Shown one piece after another: positions 11,636 through 54,935 of a stretch of 64,000 nucleotides of DNA. The notes under the pieces were generated by a model. That model made no database searches. It had not been told where the DNA came from and was given only the letters and a program-made list of their open reading frames with translations. A program made the translations under genes and the position numbers. The stretch comes from Paragordius varius (taxonomy: Eukaryota; Animalia; Nematomorpha), in assembly GCA_964247055.1 (NCBI GenBank), contig OZ176053.1, positions 2,728,001 through 2,792,000 of the forward strand. The letters run 5' to 3'. Within the stretch, counting starts at the first letter, position 1. Each line of letters begins with the position of its first letter.

Positions 11636-13321
11636 CAGGGCTTCTTAAACTATGGGTCGCGACCCCATTTGGGGTGACTTAGAAAATTATGGGGTCGCGA
11701 GTGATAAAAATACAATCTAACAAATAGATGTTTTTTAACTTTTAAAGTTATGGTATAAAGAAAAATAACAATCATAGTAGATAAATATACCTAAAATCTT
11801 CTGATTCGGAAAGACTGTTTATACCAGAATTTCTATTATCATTATAATCTATATATTTATAAAAATGAAAAATTCTGGGTTTGTGATCTGTTTCCTGAAA
11901 ACCAGTAGACCCATTCAAATCCAAATGTTGAAAAAATATAATCATTAATGAATGCTCCGACAATAGCTTCGCCCTTTTTTTGAATTAAGCTCCCAGTTCG
12001 GGCCAACCCCATAGTAAAAAACGGTTTTTTTTGAAAATAGGAGTACAGAAAAGTCCTGTCTTTGAGACAATTTTGCGGAAAACGTGTTGGACCATTCGCT
12101 TTCAAATATGATTATTTTTACTTTTTTTTATTGCGCCGAACCTAGTCATCTTAATTTTAATAATTTAGGCTCCCTTTTTCCCCGTTCCCCCCGTAAATTG
12201 CCATTTTTTTTAAAAAAAAACTAAATATTTTTTTGCCCAGGGTATGAGACCGTTAAAATTCACTGAGGATTTAAGTTATTCCCTGTTAAAAGCAAAAATT
12301 TTTGCGTTTTTTAATGGCTGCTGGGTAAACAGATAGCCGCTAAAACTGTGCCACTATATAGAAATTGCGTTGTTTTGGAGCTAATTTACAGAAAATTTAT
12401 GAAGCCATATGAGCTCATCAAAAGCTTAAAATATTACCCTTAATTAGGTAAAAATTAAGGTTAGGTTTTTTTATTTGCCGTTAGTTCGGGACCTTTAATC
12501 CCTAAAACGCCATCATATAACGATTATTTAGTGTTGAGGTATTTTTTCAAATAACCCATGAGACGATGGTATCAAAGATGATTCCAAATATTTGCCGTAT
12601 AAAGGCAAAGAACTTAACTCAGCGCTTTTTCCATATCGGTCTATGGGTAGGGGTCTACCGGTTTAAAACTGAGACGCCATACATAAAAAGGCGTAGTTTA
12701 GAAGCTAATTTTAAAACTTAAGAAGCCATACGAGTTCAGTTACAGACATTTCTGGGAATATAAGAACATTCTTTCCTAAAAAAGAGACCACAACTGATTT
12801 ACTTTTTATATCCCTTAATCCCAGCTGTATGAACACAATTTCAAATTAGTTTTACCCATGATTTCGTAAAACGAAAATTTTAAAATAAATCCAATGATAG
12901 TTGAAAACTTTAATAAGGCACAGATTAAATATGGTCAATTTCGATTAAACAATATTTGAGCCTATGCAAAAACCCGTAAAAGAATAATTAAGAGATTCTT
13001 TTTATTAAATGTGTTTATTATTATTTTTTATCTCCATTAATTCTGTTTATTGCAAATTATTAAGAATAATTATCGGTGAGACAGCGTCACACCGAAGCCT
13101 GACAGGGCCAGCTAGTATTTTGTATAAAATTACTATAATGTTATAGAAATTTATAAAAAATAGTAAATTTATTTTTGTCGATCTCCCAAAACCGAAATAA
13201 TCCTGATAAATATTATCAAAATTTCTAAGTGTTATTCGAAAAAACTATTATTTTTTTCTATATTTGTTGGGGTCGTTAATCATAAATGGGGTGGGGAACT
13301 ACAAAAGTTTAAGAAGCCCTG
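11636..13321 (-). mobile_element. hAT MITE carrying an internal Helitron (composite copy 2, inverted relative to copy 1)
   Basis: TIR CAGGGCTTCTTAAACT / AGTTTAAGAAGCCCTG; colinear reverse complement of 8059-9710. Flanking 8-mers (CTTTGTAC / TTATACAC) do not match, so no clear TSD. Confidence 0.85.
11848..13115 (+). mobile_element. Non-autonomous Helitron (copy 2, intact ends)
   Basis: A|TCTATATATTTATAAAAATG 5' end; 3' GTCACACCGAAGCCTGAC hairpin followed by AGGGCCAGCTAG|T; inserted between A and T without a TSD. Confidence 0.8.
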
Positions 13322-13473
13322 TTATACACAAGAATTCACACAAACTTTTATGTAAAAGATTACAAAGCTTACGTTTTGATATTTTATGCTTTTTAATGTA
13401 AAATAAAACAAAAACACACCTCTTTTTTATAATTTATTATATTAATATTCCTTTTTTTATTTATTTTTATAGG

Positions 13474-15884
13474 TTATTCTGGTGCTTTAGATCGTGCTCG
13501 CAATGCTGCAGGGGCCATAGCCCGACCCCCGATTCCGGGCATAGGAATTGCCCCTCTTTGAGGTGGTGGATGAATGCTTTGTCCTTCCAGTATTAATTTA
13601 GTTTTTCCGCGTTTGCTCTTAACAGACTTAGTGGCCAGTGATTTTTCACCTTTACTCCGTTTCGATTTGGCCATTTGGTGTCGTTGCGATTTCGCTTCAT
13701 TTTTTGTCTTTTTTTCACGGTTACTACCACGTTTTCTGTGTTGGATGATATATAATGAATTTTGTAAAAAAATAAACATAAAATCGAAGCATATAGGAAC
13801 ACATATATAACTCATCCATGAAAATTAAGCACTATTAAAGGCGGCAAATTCAACATAGTGCGTGAGATCCAGAGTTTTAATATCCAAACTAGGTTTTTTT
13901 TATATCATCAATGTGAGCCTCGGGTAGACAAGTGTTTAGCTTTCCCAATCTTGAAATTTGAGTCCTTACTGTTTATATAAAAAAAATATGGCTAAACTGT
14001 ATATTATTTATTAAGTTTTTCCATATTGTGAGAAGGTTAACTTTGATTATTTATATTGCAACTGCACTTTTTTTAGATAAAATAGTATTTACTTTTCCTT
14101 TTCACCTCCCCCACTTTTTTTAGTGTTATTGTGACGACCGGCATCATCTTCATACTGATAACTATCTGAGGCCGCTGATGATTTTACTTTTTTCTTCTTT
14201 TTACCCTTTTTGCGATCCGTATTTTCTTCGCCAGAAGGATTGGCCGAATTTGGATTTGTAGTAGCCGGTGGGGTCAAGGGTGGAGATGGACTTATGTTTG
14301 GTGTATCACCATAGTGATTATTTTGATTGTTCCCCAAATTATTATGCATGGGTTTGGATGGAGCGGTGAGTATATTTGATTTGGTTCCTTCCATTTTAGG
14401 ATAACGCCTCATGTTTTCGCCATATTGGTTGTCATACGTTTGGTTTTTGCTAATAGGCAAGTAATGTCTTTGTTCAGGAGGGAACAGGCGCGTCCTGTTT
14501 TCCCATAAATTTATGCGATCATTAACAATACGACGCCTATGGTACCTGGATTGATGGATATTTCGCTTAGAAGCGGAATATTCTATGTGAACTCCACATT
14601 TTAAAATATCTATACATTCCTCTAATCTTGGAATCACCTGATCAATAGCATGTAATAATAATTCATAAGAGGAATGGTCATGCGATGTATAAACCTTTTT
14701 ACCCTCAAAGTTTCTTGCCTTAACCGGTTTCCTAGTCGGAAAACTTATATCTTCAATGTTAAGGGCTCGTTTTTCAACACTTTTAATCTTGGTTAAATTC
14801 TTAAACAGTTCATTCAAAATAGTGCAACAATTGTTTTGTATATGCTCGCTATTTAAATTTTCATCTGTGTACTCATCAAATTCCTGAATCAAATAATTTA
14901 AGATAGCGGGGAACAATTGACGATCCTCAAAACCAATTACGTAAATTTGTGTTCCACATGTTTTACAAGTAGTTCTGTAAAAGGGTTTTTTGGATCCAGG
15001 TAAACCTTCATTACAAACTTTACAGGCAAGCTTAGTAGAGTTTGTTTCATTGCACATAAGGACCTCAAGTATAATCTCCTCAATATTTATGTCATTTTCC
15101 AAATTCTGATGGCTAATTTGGCTTAATGACGTTTCAGAAGAGCTTGACATAGCTAATTCACTACTATCAGTATAAGAGCTTGAATCAGAGTAGCCATCTT
15201 TAGCTGTTAACACGGTTTCGAAACCATCCTGGTCATTTATCATTGCCTTTTCTGCTTTGAATAATTTATTGTCGACATTCATTTGTTTCTGTCGGTCTCG
15301 AGTTCCTGTGAGGGCTGTCAAAGAATAATTTGGGGCTGATATACCAACTCCTAGACCTGTGGCCGTTCTGGGTTTAGGAACAATGTAATACATTTTGTTT
15401 TCATTGCGAAATCGCATCGATGTGTGATACCTAAAATAAAGAAACCTCGTAGATAAAGTAAATCAGTATAATAATATAAATAAAAAATTTAATTATCCCG
15501 CAAAAACATCACCTTTCCATAAAAATATTTATTTTATTTATAACATAAAACTTGAAATTTACCTATATAGATTAGAATTTTAACCGAAAAAAAATTACTT
15601 TAACAAAAAAAGGCATTCAATAGAAGCATTGTCGTCTGACTTTCCCATTTAAAGCGAAATATTATGGAGCCAATAAAAAAATTAATTAATTTAAGAATTT
15701 TAGAGGCATCATAGTAAATTATAGGAGTTCAGCAGGTCAGAGTTTATAAAACCTTTAGAGACTAATTTTAAAGCATAAATTAATTAGAATCCCAAATTAA
15801 CTGTTTTTGAGACGGTTTCATTGGGTCGAATTTTAAGCCGTTGTTATTATAAATTTTATGAGAGTTTTAATAAGCATCACTAAG

Positions 15885-15917
<33 letters not shown>

Positions 15918-17912
15918 TATGCATTTTATTTCTGGCTTATTCGCATTAGTTGGAATGGCAACACAGTAGTGTATGGAAAAAACAATAAAATGTTGCATAA
16001 AATAAACAAAGTGTAATGTAAGATAAAAAAATTGTTTATACAACATTTTGTTGTTTTTTTCTATACACTAATGTATTGCCAGTCCAACTATTATGACAAT
16101 GAGCCAGCATACACCGTACTGTTTATTATACCATCCAGAAACTATGATTAAATCATGGCATTCTGCGTAATCGATAAGAACAGCTCCGCAATACAATAAA
16201 TCCCGCGTGCACAGTAATGGAAAACGCACACAACTCATCAACGTTTTCAAATGTCTCAATCGATGAGCCTTATCCTTATATATCCAAGTCCATGCGGCAT
16301 GAAAAACATCCATCTCTGACAAAACGCACAAATTATCATCGGACAATAAAGCTATTAGAGATTCTAAATCAAGGTTCAGATAGGTTTGTGTACCAACCAA
16401 ATCACTAAATTGCAAATCTTTGGATTCAAGATCTGCGGCCTGAGGGCCTCCCACTATTTCCCGCAAACTTCGCCGTTTACCCACGAGAGACATTAAACCA
16501 TCTATTTGGAAATCAGCTACTAGGTTAGATAGCACACGTATATCGCTATCATTTGTTGGAGCCTTGTAGATTCCTATACATTAGATATATTAGTATTAAA
16601 ATTAAAGAAAAATCCCTTTTAATTGCAATTTCCCCGTAAGGACCACGCTCATAATAAACTTTTTAATCAATTATCATCATGCAGTTTTCCAATTTTTCAA
16701 TAAAACCCTAATTTAAATTATACTCATTCAAAGCAGAGAACAACTTCAGAAGTTTTTGGGTATCAAGAAGTGTGAGCCAAGGATTAAGTATAATTTAATC
16801 ATTTTTTAATTTTATCAAATATATAAATGAATAATAATTATAATTTATCATGTAATCATATTCAATATAATTAATCAAAAAATATAATTTTATATATTTT
16901 TAAAAAAGGTCTTGATCCGTATGATTCATTTTTCCACAAACGTGGTCATTAATGGATCCACTGTGGTCAATTTTTAGTAGTTACATATTTATTTAATGTT
17001 TAATCAGTTATAATTCTATTGACGAGCATATAGAAATTCGTTTAAATGGTTAGAATTCACATTTAATAATATCTAACCAGTATTAATTTCAATGACAAAT
17101 AGATATAGATATTTTCTGGTACATTTAGTCCAATACCTTAAATTTATTTAAAAAATTGTAATTAATAACGTGTGTGTCGTCGTCAAATGTATTATATTTA
17201 GTATATGAATGTTCAACAGGAATGGCTTCGCGGGCCGCATTTTTAACTTTAAAAACTTGGCAGGCCCTTAAAATATATATGGACATTTAAAAATAATTTT
17301 TGGACTAAAAAACCTAAAACTGGAAAATGCAAACCCAATATAACATTTTTTTCTAGCTCTTGCCTATTGGATAAATTTAATTGGAAAAAATAATCTTTTG
17401 TGCGAAAATATTTTGCGGGCCGCACATAGGAGAGCCGCATATTGCACATTCCTGATCTTGTGTATAAAATTAATTATAAATTTAAAATAAAGATTGTGAC
17501 AATGTTAATTTAATTAACACTTTAACCTTGTAAACTTTAACTATTGTTTCTACTATTTTTTATAGTACTCTCCATTTTAAAAAAGATATAAATATATTTC
17601 TATACCGTTATATAACCAATGTAAGATGGTTTCCATCGCTTCGCGTGTCACATAAGCAAATTGAGGTATATCCAAATCAACCAATATAACTTCGGTATAT
17701 TTTTTGCTGATAAATATCTCCTCAAAAAATCTACTGTGACAACCCACGACTAATTTGTGACAAGGAAATTTCCCACACTTTAGAGCGATAACTAAATCAT
17801 TGTATTTGCAAACGCATTTAAACCATAAACTGGAAGTATATCTTCCTATTTTCACAAACAACGAATCCGACGGATGTCTTAAAATGTGTGGATTTATTAT
17901 TATATTATCCAT
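13474..17912 (-). CDS. BTB/POZ-BACK domain protein with CxxC-x15-CxxC motif and Lys/Arg-rich tail (about 782 aa), 4 exons
   Basis: Exons 17912-17606, 16573-16132, 15430-14093, 13735-13474; phases consistent (2349 nt). BTB: FPCHKLVVGCHSRFFEEIF...ILHWLYNG. BACK: LIALLSDDNLCVLSEMDVFHAAWTWI...LMSCVRFPLL. No Kelch repeats seen. Confidence 0.82.
15886..15914. repeat. (TA)n microsatellite
   Basis: Directly visible, in BTB gene intron 2. Confidence 0.95.
17217..17454. mobile_element. hAT-like MITE in intron 1 of the BTB gene
   Basis: Ends CAGGAATGGC / GCACATTCCTG with GCGGGCCGC subterminal motifs typical of Charlie-type MITEs; TSD not recognisable. Confidence 0.55.
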
Positions 17913-19120
17913 TTTTAGTATGGTGATACAAGTATTTTTTACACTAAATTTGTCAAAAACATCAATGTCGATAAATTAAACATATTTTGATTGTTGAAAA
18001 TATATATTTGCACTAAGATTTAATAATATTAACATTGGGCTTAATTATTTTTAGTGACTTAGGTAAAACATTTAGCTAAACTGATTTTTGATGTAAATAA
18101 TTTTAAAAAAATTCTCCAATTGTAAAAAGAAATTAATTACCGTTTTTAACTAATAATATTGTAATCTTTAGCCATGCTTGGCATATGTAAAAAAATCAAA
18201 AAAAAAGTTCAATATCTTGGAATTTAACGGCGGGTACCGTTAGTTTGTTTCGATTACGTTTTTATAACCGAATACGGGTTTTAAAAAGTTTTTGGTTGCG
18301 GTTACACAAAAACGGTTGGACTCTAATCCTGGCTTAAATGTTTTTTTGTTTTCCCTTTTCGATATTTTAAATTTAACGTTTTTTTTATAACTGATCTTAT
18401 TTTTCAAATAAAATTTTATTCATTATAAGTTATCATTATATGCCATATTATAATATCAGGTGACACAATTTATTGAGTAATGTGATATCCAAATTTGAAA
18501 AATGTGTCTCATTTTTAACGTCATCAATTGATAAAATTACCATCAAATATACTCTACCGACAAAGAATTTTTTTTTATTTTTAGCGATAATGTTACCTAT
18601 AATTATTAAATGTTAAATAAGGCAATGATTAATAAATTAATAGATTTAAGTTTTATGATAGTAAATTTCGATAAAAATCACATGAAAAAATGATATTGTT
18701 TTGCCAAAATTAGATCAATTTTTCGAAAAATTGCTGAAAAAAATTATCTAAATTATTTTTTCAATGGTACTAATGATTATAAAACGAAGAATTTGCCATC
18801 ATAAATCATTTGGAAAAATAACTTGGCAATATTTATTATGAAATAAATCCGTAGTCAAGGTTACAAAAATTAATTAATTAATTAATTATAATAAATATAT
18901 GAAAGTGTTGACCTTTGTAAAGAATACAATAAAAAAATATGTACAATACACATAATTCCGTACAATAAACATGCTCTTAACGCCACTTATTATGTCATAA
19001 AATTACAATTTGTTTGAAACTATGTTTGCTAACCCGGATATTTATACCTATAATCCAATCGTTCAATTTACTATTTTATTCGCTCAAATTCGTGGTTTTT
19101 TACTTTTTAATACCATAAAA

Positions 19121-20811
19121 ATGAATAATACATTTATATTTTGGTTTGTGTCCATAATAATTATACTATTAAGTCACCAATCTAATTCCTACATTCCAAA
19201 CGGAACCGAAATCAAAGAGATTCTTAGGGTCCACAATGCATTTCGGGCAACAGTTAGCCCACCATCTAACGCCATGTTCAAACTCGTATATATATATATA
19301 TACACCAATTTTTTTATTATCATTAAAAATTTTATTAAACAAATGGTTAATTATTATATTTAAGTTTAAAGATTATATAAAAAAGATTTTTGTATCCATA
19401 TTTTTATATTGCAAAATAGGAAAAAAATGTTGCTAAAAAATTTTAAAAAAATTTCAAAAAAATTCTATGTTTCCTATAAAGTAAATTATGTTAATTATAT
19501 CATGTAACACATTTAGGTTTGGAACGAGGAAGGAGCTGAAAGAGCCGAACTTATGGCCAAGAAATGTATATTTGATCATGATTCATCAAGTGATAGAGCT
19601 ACAAAAAGTAATAGTTGATTTATAGTTAATATAAAACTATTTTAAACCAAAATTTCTACTATTAAAAAACGGTTTCAATGGATTAGGACCTAACTGTTTA
19701 TTTTTTGACCTTTTCTAAGAATCAACCTTATTTAAGTTACAATTCAGGTTTTATTTTAAAATAACCAAATCAACCCCATTTTCAATCATTATTTAGCCAC
19801 CTCATTTGTGGTTTCAAAAAAATAATATAAATTTTGGCTAAACTTGATAAAATATAAATGTATTTTGTCCTCAATTGTATTTATTTGCCCATTTTTTTAT
19901 TTAATTAATTTGCTTGATTTAGGAATTCTAATTTACAAACGTGATATATAAAAGGAATTTTACCTTTGCTACGTATGAAATAAGCATAACTTTATGTAAA
20001 AATCAAATATGATTTAATAATTATTATGAGAAAAATTAAACTAAATCAATTACACAACAAAGTCAGAAATCATCCTAAAAATGGTCTATTTGGATTTCCT
20101 AAACATAATAATTTTATTTTTGAAATTTTGAAAACCGCGACTCAAACTGTTTCACCAGTCTGGTTGCGATTCCACTTTTTAGGTCTGGTTCAAGGTTTTT
20201 CCAAATATAATGTGGGGAAAAAATGCTTTGAATTTTAGCATATAGACCAATATTAATAATTATATTTTTTATAAATTTTACCTGTACCATATAAGTTAAA
20301 AATATATATTTTGTGTATATGTTTTTAATGAAGGCTATCCTACGGGAGGAGGTCAAAATTTATTTGCAACCAATGCCCCGTGGATCGTGAGTTGGACTTA
20401 CGTTTTGAATTCGTGGCATGAAGAGGTGGATCTTTTTGAATTTGGCAAAGATTCCGAAAATTTTTATGATGTTGGCCATTATACACAGGTATGATTTAAC
20501 AGGTACATAAAACAGCTAAGTGACAACATTTTCCTATAAGTATCAAAAGCAAAATGTATCATATTATAAAATATAAAATGACACCCAAAATATGAGATAT
20601 GGTTTTACGAAATTTAAACTTTTAAACAAAAGCTGCTTTGAAAAGGATGCGCTAACTTTTACAAGGATAAAATAAAACGCTCCAAATAATAATCATTTAC
20701 AATTTTTTATAGATAAAAAAAATAATATGGTAATTTTCAAATTTTTGTGATTAAAATGATTTCAGATGGTATTATACATTTAGGAATTGCAAATGCTTCA
20801 TTCTAAAAAAA

Positions 20812-20860
<49 letters not shown>

Positions 20861-21637
20861 TGGTATGGGGATCTACCAAAGAAGTAGGTTGTGCGAGATA
20901 TGATTGCCCAAATTTAAAAATATATACATGCAACTACTACCCAGGGTAATTAGAGTGATTCGATAAAAAAACCTCACTTTTATTTTCTTGAATTTGTACA
21001 ATAAAAATTGTGAAAGATCAACTAACAAATATTTCTTTAAAAAGCAACCTTCTTTTTTAAACATGAATCTTTCTAGAATTATTATGACAGATAGATATTT
21101 AAGATAATTACCAATTTAACGCTTTATTTTGCAACTCATGATCTTACAAACAAGGTTAAAAAAATATGATTGATTTTTAAAGAAAATAATAGTTTACTTT
21201 TTTCATTTTGACTTTTTTTACATAATAAAATTTTTATGTACATAAAATAACAGAGGAAATTCAGTACCCTATTATGTACCTTATCAACGCGCAGAAAATC
21301 AAAGTTGTTCAGGATGTTTGAAAAACAGCTCTTGTGAAGAAAGTGGTCCATTTGCAGGAAAATTACTCACGAATTGCAGTAGATAACTAATTTAATTTTT
21401 CGAAAATCGTAAATTTAATAAAAAAATTTCTTTTTCTATTTTTGAATCTTAAAACATTTTGTTTGCATCAATTATTTAATCAGAATTTTTTTGACAGGTT
21501 TGTTTTGTGAAAACCAATACGCCAATTGCGACAGTTTGGCTCAAAATAAATTTTGTCCCTTTTTATCTGAATCTTGTCCATTGTCATGTTTGAAGGAATG
21601 TCAGTCAATACCTCTGAATAATACGATACAAAAATAA
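19121..21637 (+). CDS. Secreted CAP/SCP (CRISP-like) protein with hinge and C-terminal ShKT-like domain (253 aa), 6 exons
   Basis: Exons 19121-19285, 19517-19607, 20334-20488, 20860-20945, 21254-21378, 21498-21637. Hydrophobic signal peptide; LRVHNAFR, VWNEE, CIFDHD, GQNLF, GHYTQMVWGSTKEVGC, CNYYPGGN; 4-Cys hinge; CENQYANCDSLAQNKFCPFLSESCPLSCLKEC. Confidence 0.9.
20817..20858. repeat. (TA)21 microsatellite forming the 3' end of CRISP intron 3
   Basis: The last A of the repeat plus G20859 is the acceptor AG. Confidence 0.95.
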
Positions 21638-22555
21638 TTTTTAGCGATTTCTTCAAGAACTAATTTATTTGAAATAACTACCAAACAGAAAAACTTTTAT
21701 ATCTCTACTGATATTTTGTATAATAACATAAAATCAGGGAAAATATATGTATAATAAATTTTGTGCATAATGAATGTATTAATTGTTGATTAGTATAGTC
21801 TTTTGGTCCGGTATGGGTTAATTGAGCAATGTAATCTAATTTTTATAAAACAAATATTAATAATATATATTGTAAATTTTTAACAGTAGTTTCTAATTTA
21901 AAACATAAAATTAAGCTTAAATGAGGACAAGTTTTAACTAATAAATAAATTGTTAATAACCCGTATAAAATAAAATTCTCGTGTTATATATAATTCCAAT
22001 AAAAGAAACCACTATATAACAATAGTGTAATGGAAACAGTTGATTACAATTACGGAACAAAAAATAGCACACTAATTATTATCTTATATTATTATTGTTT
22101 TATTTCTATTTTTATTTTTCATAATTGATAAAAGATTAGTAAGATCCGAATTTATTAATCTAATAAAATTATTAATTTTATACGAGTTATTAACAACATC
22201 AATGTTATAAAAATTTGCCTAATTCCAAATAATTATTTACACATTAAAATTAGAATAATAAACATAAAATGTGAAAACAAAAGGCTATTTTTCCTTGATT
22301 TATTAAATAAAACCCAAAATATATAACTGAGAGTTTTACTAATTTACACTTCTTACACTTATTTTGCAATAGGGTCATATTATATTTAATATACGACGGT
22401 CTTTTTTAGATAAATGACTTTTAGTTTCGCCTACTCTTAATTTAAATTAGGCTACTATTATACAAACATAATCTTATCATTAAACTCACCAAATCAAACA
22501 AAGTAAGAAAGAAAGAAAAACATGATCCAAAATCAAAAAAGTTTATCCATTGGTT

Positions 22556-52724
<30,169 letters not shown>

Positions 52725-53329
52725 GTGATATATTTTTCAATTTAAAAATTTAATGATTGCATGCAAATCTACTATTTCCCACATATGTTATAAATATGTT
52801 ACATAACGCATTACAATAATAAAAATATAAATTTCTGTTTATATCGCATATATATATATATATATATTTGTGAGGTGGAAATATTTAAAAAAATATATGC
52901 TTTATTTAAATAAGTATTTTGTTTCCCAATGCTTCTGAAGAATACTGACTTGGGGAGTATTTCTGAAAATTCCATGTTCGCATGTATTCTACAAAAGTTA
53001 TATCTTTTTACGGCCTAAAGACCAGTTAAAATCTAATATAAATATAAAATCAAAATTTTATACATACATTTATTTTATATATAAATTAATTCAAGCTAAC
53101 TTATTTATTATGGTTAGCCCAAAAACTTGACGTTTCCTCACATTTTTGTTTTTCTTTATATGATGACATTTTGTGGTATGCCCCAGGGAATAAAGTAGTA
53201 AACAAACGAGTATTTATAGACATGATTAGGTTAGAAATATCGAACCCCGTCTCCTGTATTAGATAACACAGTGTCAAAAATAATATCCTGATGAAATATA
53301 TATTTTCATAAAAAATTGTTTCAGGATCA

Positions 53330-53779
53330 TCATAGTGCTTTTTGTATTGGCCCTTACAATTGATATAAAAAATTGTTTACACTTCTCTGGTAAGCTCCAT
53401 AAATGGAAATCTGCGCATATATTTATTTCAGTGAAAGCTAAATGCTTCATTCCAAAAAATATAGCCAAAGTGTATAAACTACATATAAAAATCAAAACAG
53501 TATTTAAAAAAATTATTAGATGTGGGATCTAAAAGTCCCAAATTATTTTATTGTCTAAAATGGGCTTGTTTCTATAAATAAACCAAAAATGCCGAGATTG
53601 GGCGATTTTACAAATAAATTTTGAAACCATAAAATTTTTAGAAAAAAGCATACTTTTTTCAAAATTAATGAAGCGTACTTCATACTATTTTGAGGCATAA
53701 TGGAAACGGTAAAAAAACGTCTTAAATTATAAAAACATTTTCTTTACAATTCGATGATGCTGAACTTTCTATTACTATA
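53330..53779. mobile_element. Left arm of the palindromic family seen at 10270-11260, interrupted by the 53780 element
   Basis: Similar to 10270-10700 (TTTACAC..GGTAAGCTCC, TTAGATGTGGGATCTAAAAGTCCCAAAT, GAAGCGTACTTCATACTATTTTGAGGCAT). Boundaries approximate. Confidence 0.55.
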
Positions 53780-54897
53780 ATGTGACCAGATAAGCTTTCG
53801 CAATACAGTACTGGATTTTCAAAAAAAACTGCGACTGTACCGCGCCCACTTTTGTACTGCTTTTTGAATTAAAAAAATTAATTTTTATGAATATATATTA
53901 ATTACCTTTTATTTATTCAAAAATAATTTAGAATTTGATATAATACCCTCTGTAAAAATAACCCCATAATTTGTAAAGAAATGGTTCATTTTGCGGTAAA
54001 AAACTAAGATTGGCCTATTTTTAATTGGCCAATATTTCATTATCTCCTCGAATTATACATATAAATTTTGGATCGGTCAAACCGCTTATGATTGCAGCCT
54101 TTCGCCCAATAGCGAACTATAAATCTCGTACTTGCCGTAAGATTTAGGCTAATGGCTCTTTCGCTCAGGGCTTCCGCAAAAAGAGGTGCCTCAAAATTTA
54201 AAATTAACAAAATTAATCATGATATTTTAGTGTTTGATCAAGTTTAGAAAGTTAATCATTTGTTATAATTATAAAACGGAAAATTAAATAGAAAATTGTT
54301 ATTCCCGTAACTAATATATTTAAAATTTATTATATATGGAATATGATTTCGAATAACCTTTTTTTCGTAAATATTAAGAGTTTTTAGGTTTTCTATACTT
54401 ATTAGGTGGGAGGTATGATATTACTTAATTTTTTTCCTAAACTTTAATTTTTATTAGTTTTATTATTTAACGAATTTTAGTTTTGTTGAAGCGTACCTCA
54501 AACTATTTTGAAGCATGAACGGTAAAACGCTTTAAGATATGATAAAACCCTTTTTCTAAATAATTCGATGATGTTGAACATTGAAATGGTAGAAATTTAA
54601 TTTAAAGGTTTGTTTGCCACCAAATTTTGGCGAATTTTTGTAAAAAAACACAACTTTTAATTCACATAAATTTGATAACGAACGAATTGATCAAGATTTT
54701 GAGTAAGAAAAATGGTTAGCATTTTTAAATTATATTGATATAAAGTGTTATAACACCTCAACCGTTTATATCGTTTATATAATGCTCAAATAGTATGAAG
54801 TATGCTTTAACAAAATTTTGCTAAAAATTAAATTTTTAAAGTAACTCGTAAACGTTGAAACCAAAAGCACCATGAAAATCCTGATATTTACCTATCA

Positions 54898-54935
<38 letters not shown>

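Noticed and set aside
9418-11963. Similar short ORFs 9418-9612 and 11772-11963/11857-12105 as a small gene family
   Set aside because: They straddle the Helitron 5' end and MITE arm in the two composite copies, with different frames and stops; non-coding repeats.
14089-15417. 442-aa ORF as a stand-alone orphan gene
   Set aside because: An in-phase acceptor at 15431 and donor at 14092 join it to the BACK exon and the basic last exon.
53225-53265. tRNA/SINE-like GGTTCGA on the minus strand
   Set aside because: No acceptor, D or anticodon stems and no A-box.
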